A stretch of DNA of 64,000 bases from Azolla caroliniana (lineage: Eukaryota; Plantae; Polypodiophyta), in NCBI GenBank assembly GCA_043228905.1, contig JBHGNT010000014.1, positions 18,786,001-18,850,000 on the forward strand. The letters run 5' to 3'. The notes beneath the pieces were generated by a model. The model searched no databases. It was not told the DNA's origin and saw only the letters and a list, made by a program, of their open reading frames with translations. Below, in pieces: positions 36,975 through 51,106 of this stretch (positions are counted from its first letter, which is position 1; the number at the start of each line of letters is the position of its first letter). The position numbers and the translations under genes are program-made.

Positions 36975-39866
36975 CTAAACTTCATCGACCTCAATTTGCA
37001 AAGAAGTTGCAGCATATATATTTTGCATGCAAATATATGCAGCAGGACATTTTGCATCCAACTCTACCGATTGCTCAAAGGCCCATTTACCAAGCGTAAC
37101 ATTCATCCATTTGTGGCAAGCACTCAATGTAGCCAAGAATAGTGGAAGATGATGAGAAGATGATACCCTACCAAGCAATACTTTCACCTTGTCAAAATGT
37201 CCAGCACGACCGAACAGATCAATCATGCAAGTATAATGTTCCAGAGTCGGGTCAAGACAATAAATAACACACATATTGTCAAACAGCCTTTCTCCTTCCT
37301 TCACTAAACCTGCATGACTACATGCTGTGAGCAAAACCCGAAAGGTAACATGGTCAGGCATGATACCTTCTCTCCTCATCTCTCCAAACATGTCTAAAAC
37401 AACCTTTGCTTGACCTAAATGTCCATATCCACCCATAAGTGCACACCAAGACACAACATCTCGCATTGGAAGTTGTTCGAACACTTTCCGAGCTTTCTCC
37501 AGTGCACCACACTTGGAATACATATCTACTAAACTAGCACCAAGGATTGCATCCTTTTGCAATAACCTGTTCTGTTGGACCTCAAAATCTATATCTTCCC
37601 CTATCTTAAGAGACCCTATGATGCTACAAGCTTTTAAAATGCAAGCATAGCTTACAGCATCGGGGCAAACTCCCTCAACTCGCATTTGCTCAAAGCATTT
37701 CAATGCTTCATCACAGAGGCCATGATCAGCATATCCGGCCATAAGCGCTGTCCAAGATACAACACTTCGCATCGGAAGTTGTTCAAATACTTCTCGAGCT
37801 TTCTCAAGTGCACCACATTTGGCATACATGTCCACTAAGCTAGCACCAAGAACCACATCTTTCGGTAATAAACTTTGCTTCCTAGCCTCTATATCAATGT
37901 CTTCCCCAATTTCGAGGGCTCCTATAACGGCACAAGATTTCAAAATACAGACATATGTTAATGCATCAGGACAGATTCCATCACCTTGCATCTGGCGGAA
38001 GCAATTTAGGGCTTCTTCACACATACCATGCTGAGTATATCCTCCAATCATAGCATTCCATGACATCACATTTCGTACTGGAAGGCTTTCAAACACATCT
38101 CTTGCATTTTCAATCGCATCACACTTTGCGTACATGTCTACAAGTGTAGTACCAAGTAACATGTCTTTCTGTAATAAACCTTGCTTTCTTACTTTAGCAT
38201 CTATATCTTTACCGATGTCAATGCACCCAATAATACCACAAGCTTTCAAAATGCTAGTATATGTTACCGCATTTGGGGAGATACCCTCATCTTGCATCTG
38301 TTTAAAGCATTCCAAGGCTTCACCACTAAACCCATGCTGAACATATCCAGCTATTAGGGCAGTCCAAGATACAACATTTTTCACAAGAAGTTGTGAGAAT
38401 ACTTCCTGTGCTTTGGTAAGTACCCCACATTTGGCATACATGTCTATCAATGCATTGCCAATGGTGATGTCTCTCTGCAATAACCCTTTCTTCCTAACCT
38501 CGATATGTATCTCTTCTCCAATCTCAAGAGACCTTACAATACCACAAGCTTTCAAAACACATACATAAGTTACCACATTCGGACAAACTCCCTCATCTTG
38601 CATCTCTCTAAAGCATTTCAAGGCTTCATGACCAAGTCCATATTGAGCATATCCAGCTATCATTGTAGTCCATGTGACAACATTACGCTCTGGAAGATGT
38701 TCGAATACATCTCGTGCTTTCTCAAGCATGCCAAACTTCACATACATGTCTACCAATGTTGACCCAATCACAACATTCTTCTTCAACAATCCTTGCTTTT
38801 TTACTTCAATTTCTATGTTTTCAGCGACTTCAAAGGCTCCTATGGTGCTACAAGCTTTCAAGATGCAGACATAAGTTACTGTGTTTGGACATACCCCTTC
38901 ATCTTTCATCTGCCTGAAGCATTTCAAAGCTTCATGGCCCAGACCATGTTGGGCATATCCAGCTATGAGAGCTGTCCATGATACCACATTTCGCAATGGA
39001 AGCTTTTCAAATACCTCTTGTGCTTTCTCTAGGACACCACATTTAGCATACATATCTATCAATGCGTTGCCCAAAACTACATCTTTTTGCAATAGCCCTT
39101 GCTTTCTAACCTTGTTATCTATGTCTCTGCCAATCTCAAGAGATCCTAAAATACCACAAATTCTCAAAATGCAAACATAAGTTACCCCATCGGGCAAGAT
39201 TCCTTTATCTTGCATTTGGATATAGTATTTCATGGCTTCATGTTCGAACCCATTTTCAGCATATCCAGCTATAAGAGCAGTCCAAGAGACAACATCTTTC
39301 ACTGGAATCTCTTCAAATACTTCTTGTGCTTCTTTCAAAGCACCCAATTTGGCATATGTTCGAAGTAGGGCAGTGGCAAGATGAATATCTTTAGAAATCA
39401 AGCTTTTATTTGCGATTTCAGCATGTACACTTCTCAACTTTGATATGTTCTTCTCAAATCCACATGATTTTACACGGTTTAAAAGACAAATTTGATATTG
39501 AAACTCAGCTGTCTGTCTCTTATTTGTGGGAAGAGGCAAATTCAATCCTTTTGACATTAGATCAACCCAGGGTGGGTTATGGTATTCGTTCGTCCATAGT
39601 AGCTTTCCTGTTGGTTTATGCCGAAAATCAGGTGATTTTGGATTTTTCTGTGATGGAGTGACATTAAAAAAATGGATATCTATGGGAAATTTTGGAAAGA
39701 TATAAGGGAAACACAGAAGTTTATGGGGAACATGAGATCAAAATAAAAGAGCACCTAAAACCCAAAATTTCGATTTAATTCTTACCTTTTGTTTCCGAAC
39801 ATCACAGAACTCATTAGGATTTCTGAAGAATTCAGCCCATAAGAAATGTGTGTCGGTAGAGCTCAT
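36975..39866 (-). CDS. PLS-class PPR protein (E1/partial E2, no DYW) with N-terminal OSB-type PDF motif; exons 39866-39786 and 39647-36975, about 917 aa
   Basis: The 860-aa PLS ORF extends upstream in frame to KNPKSPDFRHKPTGKLLWTNEYHNPPWVDL after a CAG acceptor at 39648. Exon 1 MSSTDTHFLWAEFFRNPNEFCDVRKQK ends AAG|GTAAG. Confidence 0.9.
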
Positions 39867-39989
39867 CTCTGTTTTCTGCTTCCATAAATCGCCCACAATC
39901 TATATTGCCTGTTTTACCTTGGAAGAGGTGAATGAATCAATAACTGTGGTATGTGCAAAGATATAAATTGCATGTAGCAAGGATTCCCA

Positions 39990-40430
39990 ATTACCACTTA
40001 TTCTTCACCATGGGTAGATGGGCTCCTCCGGCCACTACACTTTGATCTCGGAAACTCATAAGTCATTACCGATAGAGAAGAAAAGACCGATTTGTCCAGC
40101 CCGGTAGTGTGACCCCACTGAGCCCAAAGTATAAGCATGAGAGACTTAGGACCTTCGAAGGGATTGGTCTTCTTTAAGTTTCGCAAGCTTTGTAGAGTGA
40201 GAAAGAGAAGACATGTACATGACATTATATCTGTAAGTTGTAACTATTGTGAAGAGTGTTGATTGAACCTTGTGTATCTTCTCTTTGTGTCTTTGAGCGT
40301 CATATAATATGTTGGGATCTTCTGACTATTTACATTCTTTCTTGTAGTTGTAGTGTATAATCATATCAAGTCTTTAGGGCTTAGGTCGTACGTAGGTTTG
40401 TTCTAACCCCAAAACATGGTATTCAAGCAC
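39990..40430 (+). mobile_element. Possible LTR remnant followed by a degenerate tRNA-iMet primer-binding site
   Basis: ...aaaaCA TGGTATTCAAGC at about 40415 resembles the TGGTATCAGAGC PBS; the 5' boundary is uncertain. Confidence 0.35.
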
Positions 40431-40689
40431 AAGGTTCATCTACAATAGGATGAGGAGGAATAAAGTTGAAAGAACCAAACGAGTTCAAAAGGAGGTTCAA
40501 CAATGACACAAATAAGAGAAGATGAGGGGAAGTAGAAGTTTACATCAAGTCAATAAGAAGGGGAAAATTTTGGCAAACATAGGTCCATACCATACCATTA
40601 CATGTGTCAATAAGTGCCTCGTCATATATGGGAAGGTATTGACAACCCTAGGAAGAGGAGGATGAGGTCTAAAAGTTTGATGGAACAAA

Positions 40690-41376
40690 GTTCGCCCAAT
40701 GGAAATGGTTGTGGGCTTTGCAGATTCCTCACAAAATCATTACATTTAGATGGTTATCTGTCCATTATGCACTTCCAGTCTTGGAATGGATGCATAGGAA
40801 AGAGGGAATCAAAACTTGCTCTTTTTGTGGGTTTCATTTGGAATCAATGCAACATGCCTTATGGAATGATATGGTTGCATGTTCTGTTTGGAAACGTATG
40901 TTGCGTCTTATTGATGTTGTGTATGGACCTAATGTGATTACATGGGGAAATGTCTTTTGGGTGGATGTAAATGTAGATAAGCATAATTATGAAAGGGAAA
41001 AGTTACTATTTACCCTCAAATTAGGGGAAGGCAAGTTAAGGACATACCATATTCAAGCTCAAATCAATTGAATGTGGATGCCACAGTATGGGCTATGATA
41101 TCATCGGTGGTTCTATAGAATATTTGGATAGATCGATGCAAAAATGTGTTTCGGCAAATAAAGCAAAATCCTATTCATTGTGTGAAGGAAATTTGGTCGA
41201 TGCTTATTTCAATTTTAAAATGTCAATCTGACTCCTTCAATGGTAATGAAGATACCATTTTTCTGAAACAACAATCCTTTAAAGGCAAGTGGAAGGATTT
41301 GTTCGTCTTTGTGGAGATCTTTCCCTCCAGTAGATTGTATCATTATATGCTTTGTATACGCTTATTGGATTGGTAA
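40690..41376 (+). mobile_element. LINE 3' fragment (zf-RVT-like zinc knuckle region)
   Basis: CSFCGFHLESMQHALWNDMVACSVWK matches the C..C....ES..H....C....VW pattern of L1-type ORF2. Confidence 0.7.
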
Positions 41377-42813
41377 TGGAAACTATGGTGTAGTTTTGTT
41401 TAAAAAGAAAAAAGTTCACCCAATGGAAGAATTGTATCTAGGGTGTTCCAATTCAAAGCCGGAAATGGAAGTTGGTTGATGGGAAGAAACTCCTTTGCAT
41501 GACCAATGAAGATTAGGAGGATTAATAATCCAACTCGCAACTATAATTAGAGTGAAGTTGGTTATCATAGGTGGGATGTTCTTGAGGGGACTTTCCAAAC
41601 ATAGAAAGAGGAGGCTCGTGTCTATGAAAGATTGATAGATCAAAGTTTGTCCTATGGATGAATTGTATATGGCGTCTTCTAATCCAAAAAAGAAAATGGA
41701 AGCTTGTTGAGGGGAAGAAACTCATTAGCATGATTCGTAAAGAGTTTGAGGATTTGAATGAACTAGCAAAGATGGGGGCGATTGTTGGAAAATCTAAAGG
41801 TTGCTATTGTGTGGAGTAAGTGTTATCCCTTTGGAGAACAACATTATTGCAGGGCGTTTGAATGAACCATTTGCATAAGGGAGTACATTGATGACATTGG
41901 CAAGAAGAGGTCCAAAGCACGTGTAGAAAACATTTGCACCCATGATAAATGGAACAAGATCTTTGAAGGCCTTTGAAGGATAAGAGATATTCTTCACAAA
42001 ATATCTTCTTGGTGGGCACAAATAAATGTTTGTTTGGCATGTTTGTTTGGCACAAATATTGCATTAGTAGCCAAGGGAAGGCTAGCATAAACCATTGCTC
42101 CTCGTATATTTATTTAACTTGTGATAAAAGCACGTTTGGCTATTGTGGAGAATACATGATCCATTTATTGATATGTTGTACAAATCCAAGGTGTTAAGAT
42201 CACCAAACTAGGTTCAGGCTCAAAAAATATTGTGCAATGATATGGGTTTCTCCATCAATTGCCGTGTTTCATTATCCCGAACTTTGCCAAGGTTAGAGAG
42301 AATTGTTCTACAATGTTTAGTTAAAGGTGATGCACCACTTTGTAATGGAGCGTTTCATGGATATCTTCTTTCAAGAAGTGAAACTCCATTGTGGATTGTC
42401 ATTGAATACTTCCAATATTATAATCTTGCTCTACCTAGACAAGAACCTCATGAACACTAAGGAGTTTGTTTTGAGCACAAGTGTAGCATGATGTGCGTCG
42501 ATGCAACAAATTTCAAAGGTAGGATCTTGATACTTCAATTAAACTTTAGGGTTGTGTACCCTAGTCACCATAGTTATCTTGCTTGAGATGATAGTATACA
42601 CAATAGTTGTGCACCCTACTACTTCAGAACTATATCCCTATTGCTTTTTGTGTATTTTACTTGATGTCATATGTCAAGAATAAATTGGCTCATAAGTGTC
42701 GAAAAATAAACTATCACCAATGTAGTGCAACCACATATCTCATGTTTAGAGGGTGGTCTCCATCACAAAAGAAACCTTGAAGAAGTCAACAAAAGAGAAG
42801 AAGTCAAGAAAAG

Positions 42814-43200
42814 ATGAAAAAAGAAATGCATAGCTCTCTCCCTAATGTGAAGCTTGAGTGCAACAACTTCACATCATGGAAGTACAAGATGTACCAATAC
42901 CTTGTAGGAAAAGATTTTTGGGGATACATTGATGGAGATTTTGAAAAGATACTTAATATAATTGACATTAGCTATTTGGGATGGCAAAATCATGTATTGC
43001 TTCATACTTGTATCCAAGATCACATGCTCGACTATGTGGGGTATGTTGCATGCAAATATAGTGAAGAAAGCATGGGAAAATCCAAAGAAGATATTCTTTG
43101 CCAACACAACCACTCGCAAGTGTCAACTCTAAGAAGAGTTGCATGACATTCAACAAAGGGTGTGTGTCCATTAGCAACTACACCCTTAAGTCATTGTGCA
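42814..43200 (+). mobile_element. Ty1/copia gag remnant
   Basis: KLECNNFTSWKYKMYQYLVGKDFWGYIDG and, after a frameshift, KKAWENPKKIF...L*EEL. Confidence 0.75.
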
Positions 43201-45223
43201 ATTCACTCACCTGAATAGATTTAAGGGCGTTGGAGATGATGGAGTTATTTTATGTTTTTTCACAATCAATCGATGCGTTAAGAACTACCATTCTCATAAT
43301 TGATACACCACCATCTTTCTTTGGTCTTCCAATCGATGATATGGATGAAAGAAAATCACAACCACCATCATGCACAAAGCATGATTGTGGATAGCTATAT
43401 AGTCTAAATACACTTAGAACACCATCATGGTTATGAAAGAGAAAAAAAGATCGGGTGGTGGGAAACACAACAAAGGATGATTGATGCATGCAAACTCGCA
43501 AGTATGACACAAGAGCAAAAGTGGAAGAGGAGTTGTGTGCAATGGTGTGTGATAATCATGCCAAATCAAACAACAACATTGCCACCCATTCTCAAAGGAG
43601 GAGAATGTGAAGATGTAGTAGATGTGTGCACCATTTTAAATGGTTAGGGGGAACCTTTACAAGAAAGGCCAACAAAGATGATGTCCCATGCATGCGTGTT
43701 TTAGATCAAGATGTGATGATAGTAATCAAAATATTTTAGATTTTCACACCTTGCTAGTCATCTTAGGATTGACCTATGTTCTCATTATTCACCTCACATC
43801 ACATTGACTGAGATAAGATCACCATTAACCTTTGAATAGTGAGATAACACTTCATTGTGTTTATGTTGTTCGTAATGCTCTTTCTCTTTGCACATATAAT
43901 GCCAATGCCCATGCCATTGAAACATACAGTGACTACTTAATAAATGTGTGCTTTGCTCAAGAAAGTAGGAGAAGTATTCAAATAATTTGATATGTAGAAT
44001 GTTGTTGCTTATAAGACTACCATGCTCGTGATTGTACAAATGTGATGCTCATTGCTTTGGACTAAATGTGTACGAAATTGTGCCTCATTTGATAAAAAAG
44101 TAAGGGCGTTTTGGACAAGTTCCAATATGAGAAGGCATGTGGTGGAATGCATTTGCAATTTCAAACTTGCTGAAGAAGTATTGAAATCCTTTAAAAATAC
44201 ATGCAAGATTTGGTCTCTAATATTATGTGAAACAAAACTACTAGTATGCGATTTGTGTTAGAAACCAAACTCTTAAGGGATATTCCCCACAACCCATTCA
44301 AACAAGGAAAAAGAAAATAGATTGTGTGGTCATGGCAAGGAAATGATCATTGCATGTGCCTTGATTAATGCACATGAAAAAGTGTCTCAATACATGTTAA
44401 TAGGAACATGGCACAATTATTTGTGCTATACAGAATATTAAACTTTAACTAGCACCTGAGAAAAGTATGCAGAGAATGTAAGCGAATATCGTACACATGC
44501 TAGTTATAAAGAAAAGAAAAGAAAAGAAAGTTCGTGAAGACACTGAGAAAGAACAAATTTGAAAAGTGGTTGAAATTGTCACACAGATATCCAAAGAAGA
44601 AAATTAGAAAATTGGAAATTTCTCATCAAATCATTACATGAATATCCATGCAAGAAAATTACAGTAATTAAGATTTCTTCTCTTAATTAAGAAATATAAC
44701 TACCTCATGCATGACTAGCATTGTCACCAAGAAAAATAACTACACCGACATGTGGCACTAAGAAAAATAACTACAATGGTTTATGCCCAAAAAAAGTGTG
44801 AACAAGTGATAATTTCTGAAATATTCAATGCTTTTAAGTATGCCAATTTGATTAATCTAATTATCCATTCATAAGTATGGACTCAAACTATGTTAGAATG
44901 ATTGATGTTTATAACAAATTTTTGCCATGGGATACAAACATTTTTTACCAATAATATTTTAGCACATGTAGTGCATATAGGAGAAAAATTTGAAAAAGGT
45001 GTTATTTATTTGTTCACTCAATCAAATGCCATTAAGAACTCAATTCAACCATATATTGTGAGGGATTTTAATTTGTGATCTCGTATCTATGCAAAATAAT
45101 AAGCACCAATACTCTTGCATAATGGCACACACTTATTAAGAAATAAAAAGTCCAATACATTTGCTTGATTATGTCATTGCAGCAACCATATGTATGTTCT
45201 TTATAGTGGTTGCAACTTGCAAC

Positions 45224-45513
45224 TAGGAGTCGGCAACAACTCAACTCAAGCCTAAGCCGAGACGTTTAACTATTATTAAACGCTTTGGCGGTTGGGCAGC
45301 TCAGTTCGGCTTGGTTCACGCATGAGCTTCCTTAACCATTTTGAGCTTGGTTTGGAAAGCTCAAGCCAAATTGAACCGGTTTGGGAACCATCTTTAACCG
45401 GTTTGGCCAAACCGGTCTAGGGATTGGTTTGCCAAAACTGGTAAAGCCTTAACCAGTTTGGTTTGGACAAAAGCAAACCGATTAAGCTAAAACCAAACCA
45501 TTCTTGATTCCTA
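45224..45513. mobile_element. MITE with TAGG...CCTA terminal inverted repeats and AACCG subterminal repeats (hAT-like non-autonomous element)
   Basis: Begins taggagtcggcaac and ends ttcttgattccta; homologous to 49393-49644. Confidence 0.7.
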
Positions 45514-46949
45514 GTTATAACATATTGTTCGCCAAGCTATTTACTAATCTATCTCAAACACATTCAAAATGTACCGTTGTTTTCTCCAGCTCATAAACTT
45601 AGAAACATAAAATATTGCCATAATATACAAGTCTTCATTTATTGTCTAGCATAGTTTGGTTCAAGAATTGTCAAGCATACCACGCACATTAAGGTTATGG
45701 GTAAAATGGCACATGCATTCTCTTGGCTCTTTCGGTTCTATACCAATTTTGTCATGATGTTTATGCAAACACTTTGATCATTTTTTGCAAGAAAAATTAT
45801 ATGTAGCACAATTTATTTATTCAGAAATTTTCAACACATGTGAAAGAAAACGATAATGAATGTACGAATTACTTTTTGGATTCTCATAATTGACATGGGG
45901 AGGGATGCCTTAAAAAGGAAAGGTGTCTACACTTATGTGTGCTTGTGGATGATTGGTGGCATACAATGCAATTTATGTGGGTTCAAGTTCCATTAGCTTT
46001 ATCATCTAGAATTATTAGGTTCACTCTCGTGGGTGTTTATATGTAGTTAGTGTCACACACGGTTAGAACAATTATGTAGAGATTTCATGTGTGAGTGAGT
46101 TTGTGTGTGTATGTTATATCCATTATATAACATGATTATATGTTCTTCAGTCTTAATGAAGTGATTGCAATCTTCAAATTCTAAACAAATATATATTACT
46201 AATTACAAAAAATCGATAGTGGATCATACTTTTATGCATATAAAGCAAGCATCTTGTTCAAACCATAAGAATTCCTTTATAATTTACACCAGCACACACA
46301 ACCAGAACTATTTTATTTTACAATTCCTTTTTAGTCATCCATAATATTTTCTTATTTATATGTGGTGGAGAAGATCCAAACTTGATTCAACCTAAACTTT
46401 TTAAAATTCTATGGATTGATGATGGCATTCAATCCTAATAGAAACCTTATTTCTAGTTGTAAGATTTTAGGTAGAACACCTCGACAAATTGTTCGCTTAT
46501 ATAAAGTGCAATGCATCGTTTTCCTTCTTTTTATGGTGGAAAATATGAACTATGTCAGTGTTATAAAGCTGTTTTTTAGGAGTCTCCATTATATAAAACT
46601 AAAACCTTGAAGAATTTATATAATGAACTTAATGTCAGACCCATTAGACAAGATTTAAAAATCACAATCTTCGACCCCAAAGGACAATCTCCTCAACTAT
46701 GTACATAACCATCATGTATATTTGGAATTTTTATCTAGCATACATTGTGAATATATAAGTAACATTTGGTTAAAGGTAACACTTCCATATCGTACTTTAG
46801 ATCAAATCTTATTTAGGTTCTTTCTTTCAAAAAAATGATACTGCATTAGTATTAATAAACACCCTAAGGCTATACATAAATGATGTACCTTTCAGTAATG
46901 AGCCCTTTTTCTAAATTCTAATTGTTGGCGTAAATAAATATTTCAGTGT

Positions 46950-47400
46950 AGAGTAGAACCACTCCGCCTTATCAAAAATCCGTCGATAAAATATGCCTTT
47001 GTCCCAGATGGCATGAAACTCCAATCATTTGAGCTCCACTTGGTGTGTATTACCTTTTATGTTATCAAAAACACTTTTGAGATTATGCACAATCTCTGTG
47101 CAAATCCTAGAATTTATCTAGGTAGGTGTTTTAGCCACATTTTGGAATATCTTCAAACATCGAGCCTTCCAAATATACCAAATTGTGATACTACTTAGCA
47201 ATTGCCATATTTCAAGTTTATCAACCTCTATATGTGGATTCAAATGTATCAATGTTTTTTGCATCAAACCATGTCTTTAGCAATAACATCTGTAACATCA
47301 TTTTGCTCATATACCATTGGTTTATCTTGTACCACTCCCCATGTATACACTGCTCGAGGATATATTGGTATTAATAGTGTTATGATTTCTTTCCATATTA
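46950..47400 (-). mobile_element. Degraded LINE 3' fragment
   Basis: Reverse strand reads ITIWYIWKARCLKIF, typical of the L1-type ORF2 C-terminus; boundaries approximate. Confidence 0.45.
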
Positions 47401-47499
47401 CCATCAAACAATCACACCTCCCTGTTCCCCAACCATTAATTGGTACAAATCTTATTTAGACATACCCATTAACGAATTAGAGTTAGAGTTGTAATTCTA

Positions 47500-48850
47500 G
47501 CATACATTGGAGTATGTGTGTAATGTTGTGTTGTCAGAAAGAAACAATACGAGAAAGATGCGCACAACAATAATCGATTGTATAACAAGGGAGTTATAAT
47601 AACGTAAGACTTGGGCTACGACAAAAACGAATAAGAAGGGTTCAAGTCTTACAACAAAAACGAATAAGAAGGGCAGAGAACGCTTTATATAGATATAATA
47701 TTCCGTTTTCAATAATGAATGATAATTAGCCTTTAATGTTCATGGCCCACTAAGCATGTGTTTCACATGTCACTTTATGTTGAGTTAGTTTTCCAATACC
47801 CTCCCTCAAGCTCAACTAAGAGTTTAATGTTGAATCAGAAATTGCTCCCCCCCATCTTTCAAGCATCATATAACAGATCATGGATTGCTTTTCATATCTT
47901 GCCCCAACTTGTTCCTTCATCTTCGATCTTCTTTTGTTACTTCCCCTTAAGCTTGACAAGTCACATGGAAGACCAAGTGCGATTGAGAATTACTCTAGCT
48001 TGTCTATACCAAGTACCGTTCTAAAAACGTTTGTCGTTTGTAGGTTAGTGTGAACTAGACTGCTTGGCATGTAGAAAATGGTTGTGTGTGATATTCTTCC
48101 TCTCTCAAGAGAGCCACAATATGTTCTTGTTGCTCTAAGCTAAAGGATGACCCGCTTTCGAGAGAGAAAATGAACCCTACTGTGAAGAAGTGATCCACTT
48201 TGTTCTTAGCCCAATTTGCGTAGACTTTCCAATCAAATTGCTACTCCCGATTAGGTCAATCTACATGATGGTGAGGTAGATAAGACTTTTGATCATCTAA
48301 GGATACCTTGTCACATTTAAGATGATGGAATTTGACTCAATGGTTAGTCGTAGGTTGCGATCAAGAGAAGTGATGATTGGTTTACAACCTACCATATCAA
48401 TTTTGAACTTGTAAGTTCAAGATGTAATGTGAAAGAAGAATTCCTTGTGGGGTGTACATGATTTCAATGTTGAGGAAGTACTAAAGTTCTTTCATATCCT
48501 TCATCTCAAACATGGAGACAATGATAGACTTCACCTTCTCCATGACTCTTATATGTTATAACTTATCCTTGATTATCAAGCCATTAATATATAGACAACT
48601 AGCAAACATTGCACAATTGGAGTTGGTTCTTACAAATAAGGAGTTATCATATTTGCAATCCAATAAGGTATTATGTTATCTTTGAATGCCATTCTCTAAG
48701 AGCTTGCTTGAGTTCATCTAGAGCCATTTTGAACACACACATCATTCATATATGGAATTTTGATTTGAATCCAAATGGAAGCCATTTTCATGTCCATTTG
48801 TTGGGAGTGCGACCATTTTGCTGATACTAATGCAAGCTTTTAACCCATAT
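47500..48850 (-). mobile_element. Decayed Ty1/copia 3' end (RT/RNaseH remnant, polypurine tract at about 47800, LTR remnant)
   Basis: Reverse strand shows FEMKDMKEL*YFLNIEI and a purine tract ttgagggaggg before tattgg. Confidence 0.6.
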
Positions 48851-49392
48851 TGTGTCTTGTGTCACTTTCACGAAGCCTTTCGGTTCTAAGATGGCAACTA
48901 AGTTCATCATGAAGGTATAACAACGAGTCATATATTCATTGCATCTAAACCGCGCAATATGATTCTTTTCTCGACTTTTCAAAGTTATTGGCAGTTGATT
49001 TGTTTGTTGAAGGGCCTTCTATGAGCCTTGTGGAGGTGTCTTCAACCATTAAGGAGGATGTGCATGAGTTTTGTGTAAAGAAACATTTGCATACGTGAGA
49101 TGATGCATGGGTTTTGTGAAAATAATTCCTCACAATAAGGGCAGACAACTTGACAATATATGCTAATATTGTGGACATATTCAAGCACATTCCTACATAT
49201 GGGAGAGATCCATCTTTCCACATAACAAGGATGATTTTGCCGAAAAATGATTGAAAAACAACATACAATAATTATTTGGTAGGGTGGGCGATGACATTTG
49301 GAGAAATAACAAGAACAAATTGGCATTTTAAACACTGAAGGGAAAATTGAGTACTTTTTAGAGTTTCTTTCTTTTGCTTCTAGCTTGGGAAC

Positions 49393-49644
49393 TAGGAATC
49401 GACAACGACTCTGTCAAGCCTAAACTGAACTGCCAAACCACTTAAAACAGTTTGGCGGTTTGGTTCGGTTTAGGCTTGAGCTTCCTTAACCAGATTGAGA
49501 TCGGTTTGGGATTGCTCAAACCGGTTACGCCTAAACCGGTTACTACACTGGTTAAGGCTTAATCGACTTTTTAGGAACCGGTTTTGTTCGTGTTTGGAAA
49601 CCCCCAAACCGGTTAAACTGAAACCGAACCGTTGCTGATTCCTA
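49393..49644. mobile_element. MITE of the TAGG...CCTA/AACCG family
   Basis: TAGGAATCGACAACG...CGTTGCTGATTCCTA near-perfect 15-bp TIR and many aaccg motifs. Confidence 0.75.
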
Positions 49645-51070
49645 TAAAAGGGAACCCGTCCCAACAAAACTTCTTTTGCCTTGCTTTGCCAAAGAGAAAA
49701 TTGCTTGGGGTAGTTAATTTCCTCTTTTTGTAGTTTTCCTTCACATTCCAATATTCTTGAATTGTCAATCGAACACAACATTGATGGTAGTTTCAAGGTC
49801 TTTCTCACACACCACAATGCAGTGAACCACATCGAGGAGTGCATATAGCAATATACATCCAAGTTTATTTGCTTGAGAGTCTCCATGTATCAATCATCGA
49901 GCATGCCTACTTAGTCATAGTGTTGTATTTGCAAAGACCAACCCTTTATTCCCTACTACAAAGACACCATGTATACGTTCGTAAAAGTAGTTATGATTGG
50001 GAAGTCAATTATTCAATACTCATGGGTTAGTTTACACTTGCACTTTTTGAGTGATGTATGCATATCTTTTTTATGCCAACTAGTAATAGAAGGCTTTTGA
50101 TAAGAATCCTCACTCTACCCTATATTAAGAGAAATTGTACTTGCACGTGTTGATAAATTGTAGTACTATTTACATTAAACTTACTATTGTAATTGACTAT
50201 GACGTTATCAACACTAATTTGTTGTGTGTTTGGGAAGGATGTTTTGTATTATTATTATTTACTTCACTTCAAATTGTGGATTAAGCTAAATAAACAACAT
50301 AATTAACTACGATGGATTCAAGATCATAAGACAAGTGTTAGAAGTCATGTTCAACACCTATTGCATGTTCGAACTATTGGGCAACTAATCCAATCATAAA
50401 CTGGGTTAAAAAACAGATTCATGAAAAGACAACAAAGTTTCTTGGTTAAATTATTTAGTTGTGTGAGAGAGAGAGGCAAGGAATTTGTTTCTATGATGGA
50501 ACTATAAACCGTAAAGCTTTCGTTGCCTTCAACTGCACATGTATTGCACTTAACTGTCGGGTATGGGCTTACTACATCTCTTTCTCCCATACATACATTC
50601 TCTATGGTGCCTTAAGTGGGGTGGGGGGGTATTAACCGAGAACACTACATAATATGCTTGACACGAACATTACATTCTCGATGATGCTCAAATGTGTTGG
50701 GGAGATTAATACGATTCGTGGTACGGAGCGGAGCCCACATCAGTATTCGAACTTGGGGTCGTCGCATTCTACGAGTAGCAACCTTACGGTTCAAAACCAA
50801 ACCGCTTGTTGAATAAGTCACGAGAGACTCGTTTGATCTCCTTCGATCCAGAGAACAAAACGAGTAATCGGGTAAGTAGGGAGGCATGGTCCGTGTAGTT
50901 CCGTGAAGGTAACAGAGATAGCAGATAGGGGGGGGGGGGGGGGGGGGGGGGGGGGTCTATGCTGAAGCGGACATCATACATACGCGAAGTCGGGGCAATT
51001 GTCCGGCCGCCCGACACCCGCCCATCGAGGGTCTCTTGTGGACACCCAACCCAACACACCCAACACACCC

Positions 51071-51106
<36 letters not shown>

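Noticed and set aside
50927-50955. Long G homopolymer (also a C-run at about 33855) as a G-quadruplex element
   Set aside because: Simple homopolymer, prone to assembly error; no supporting context.
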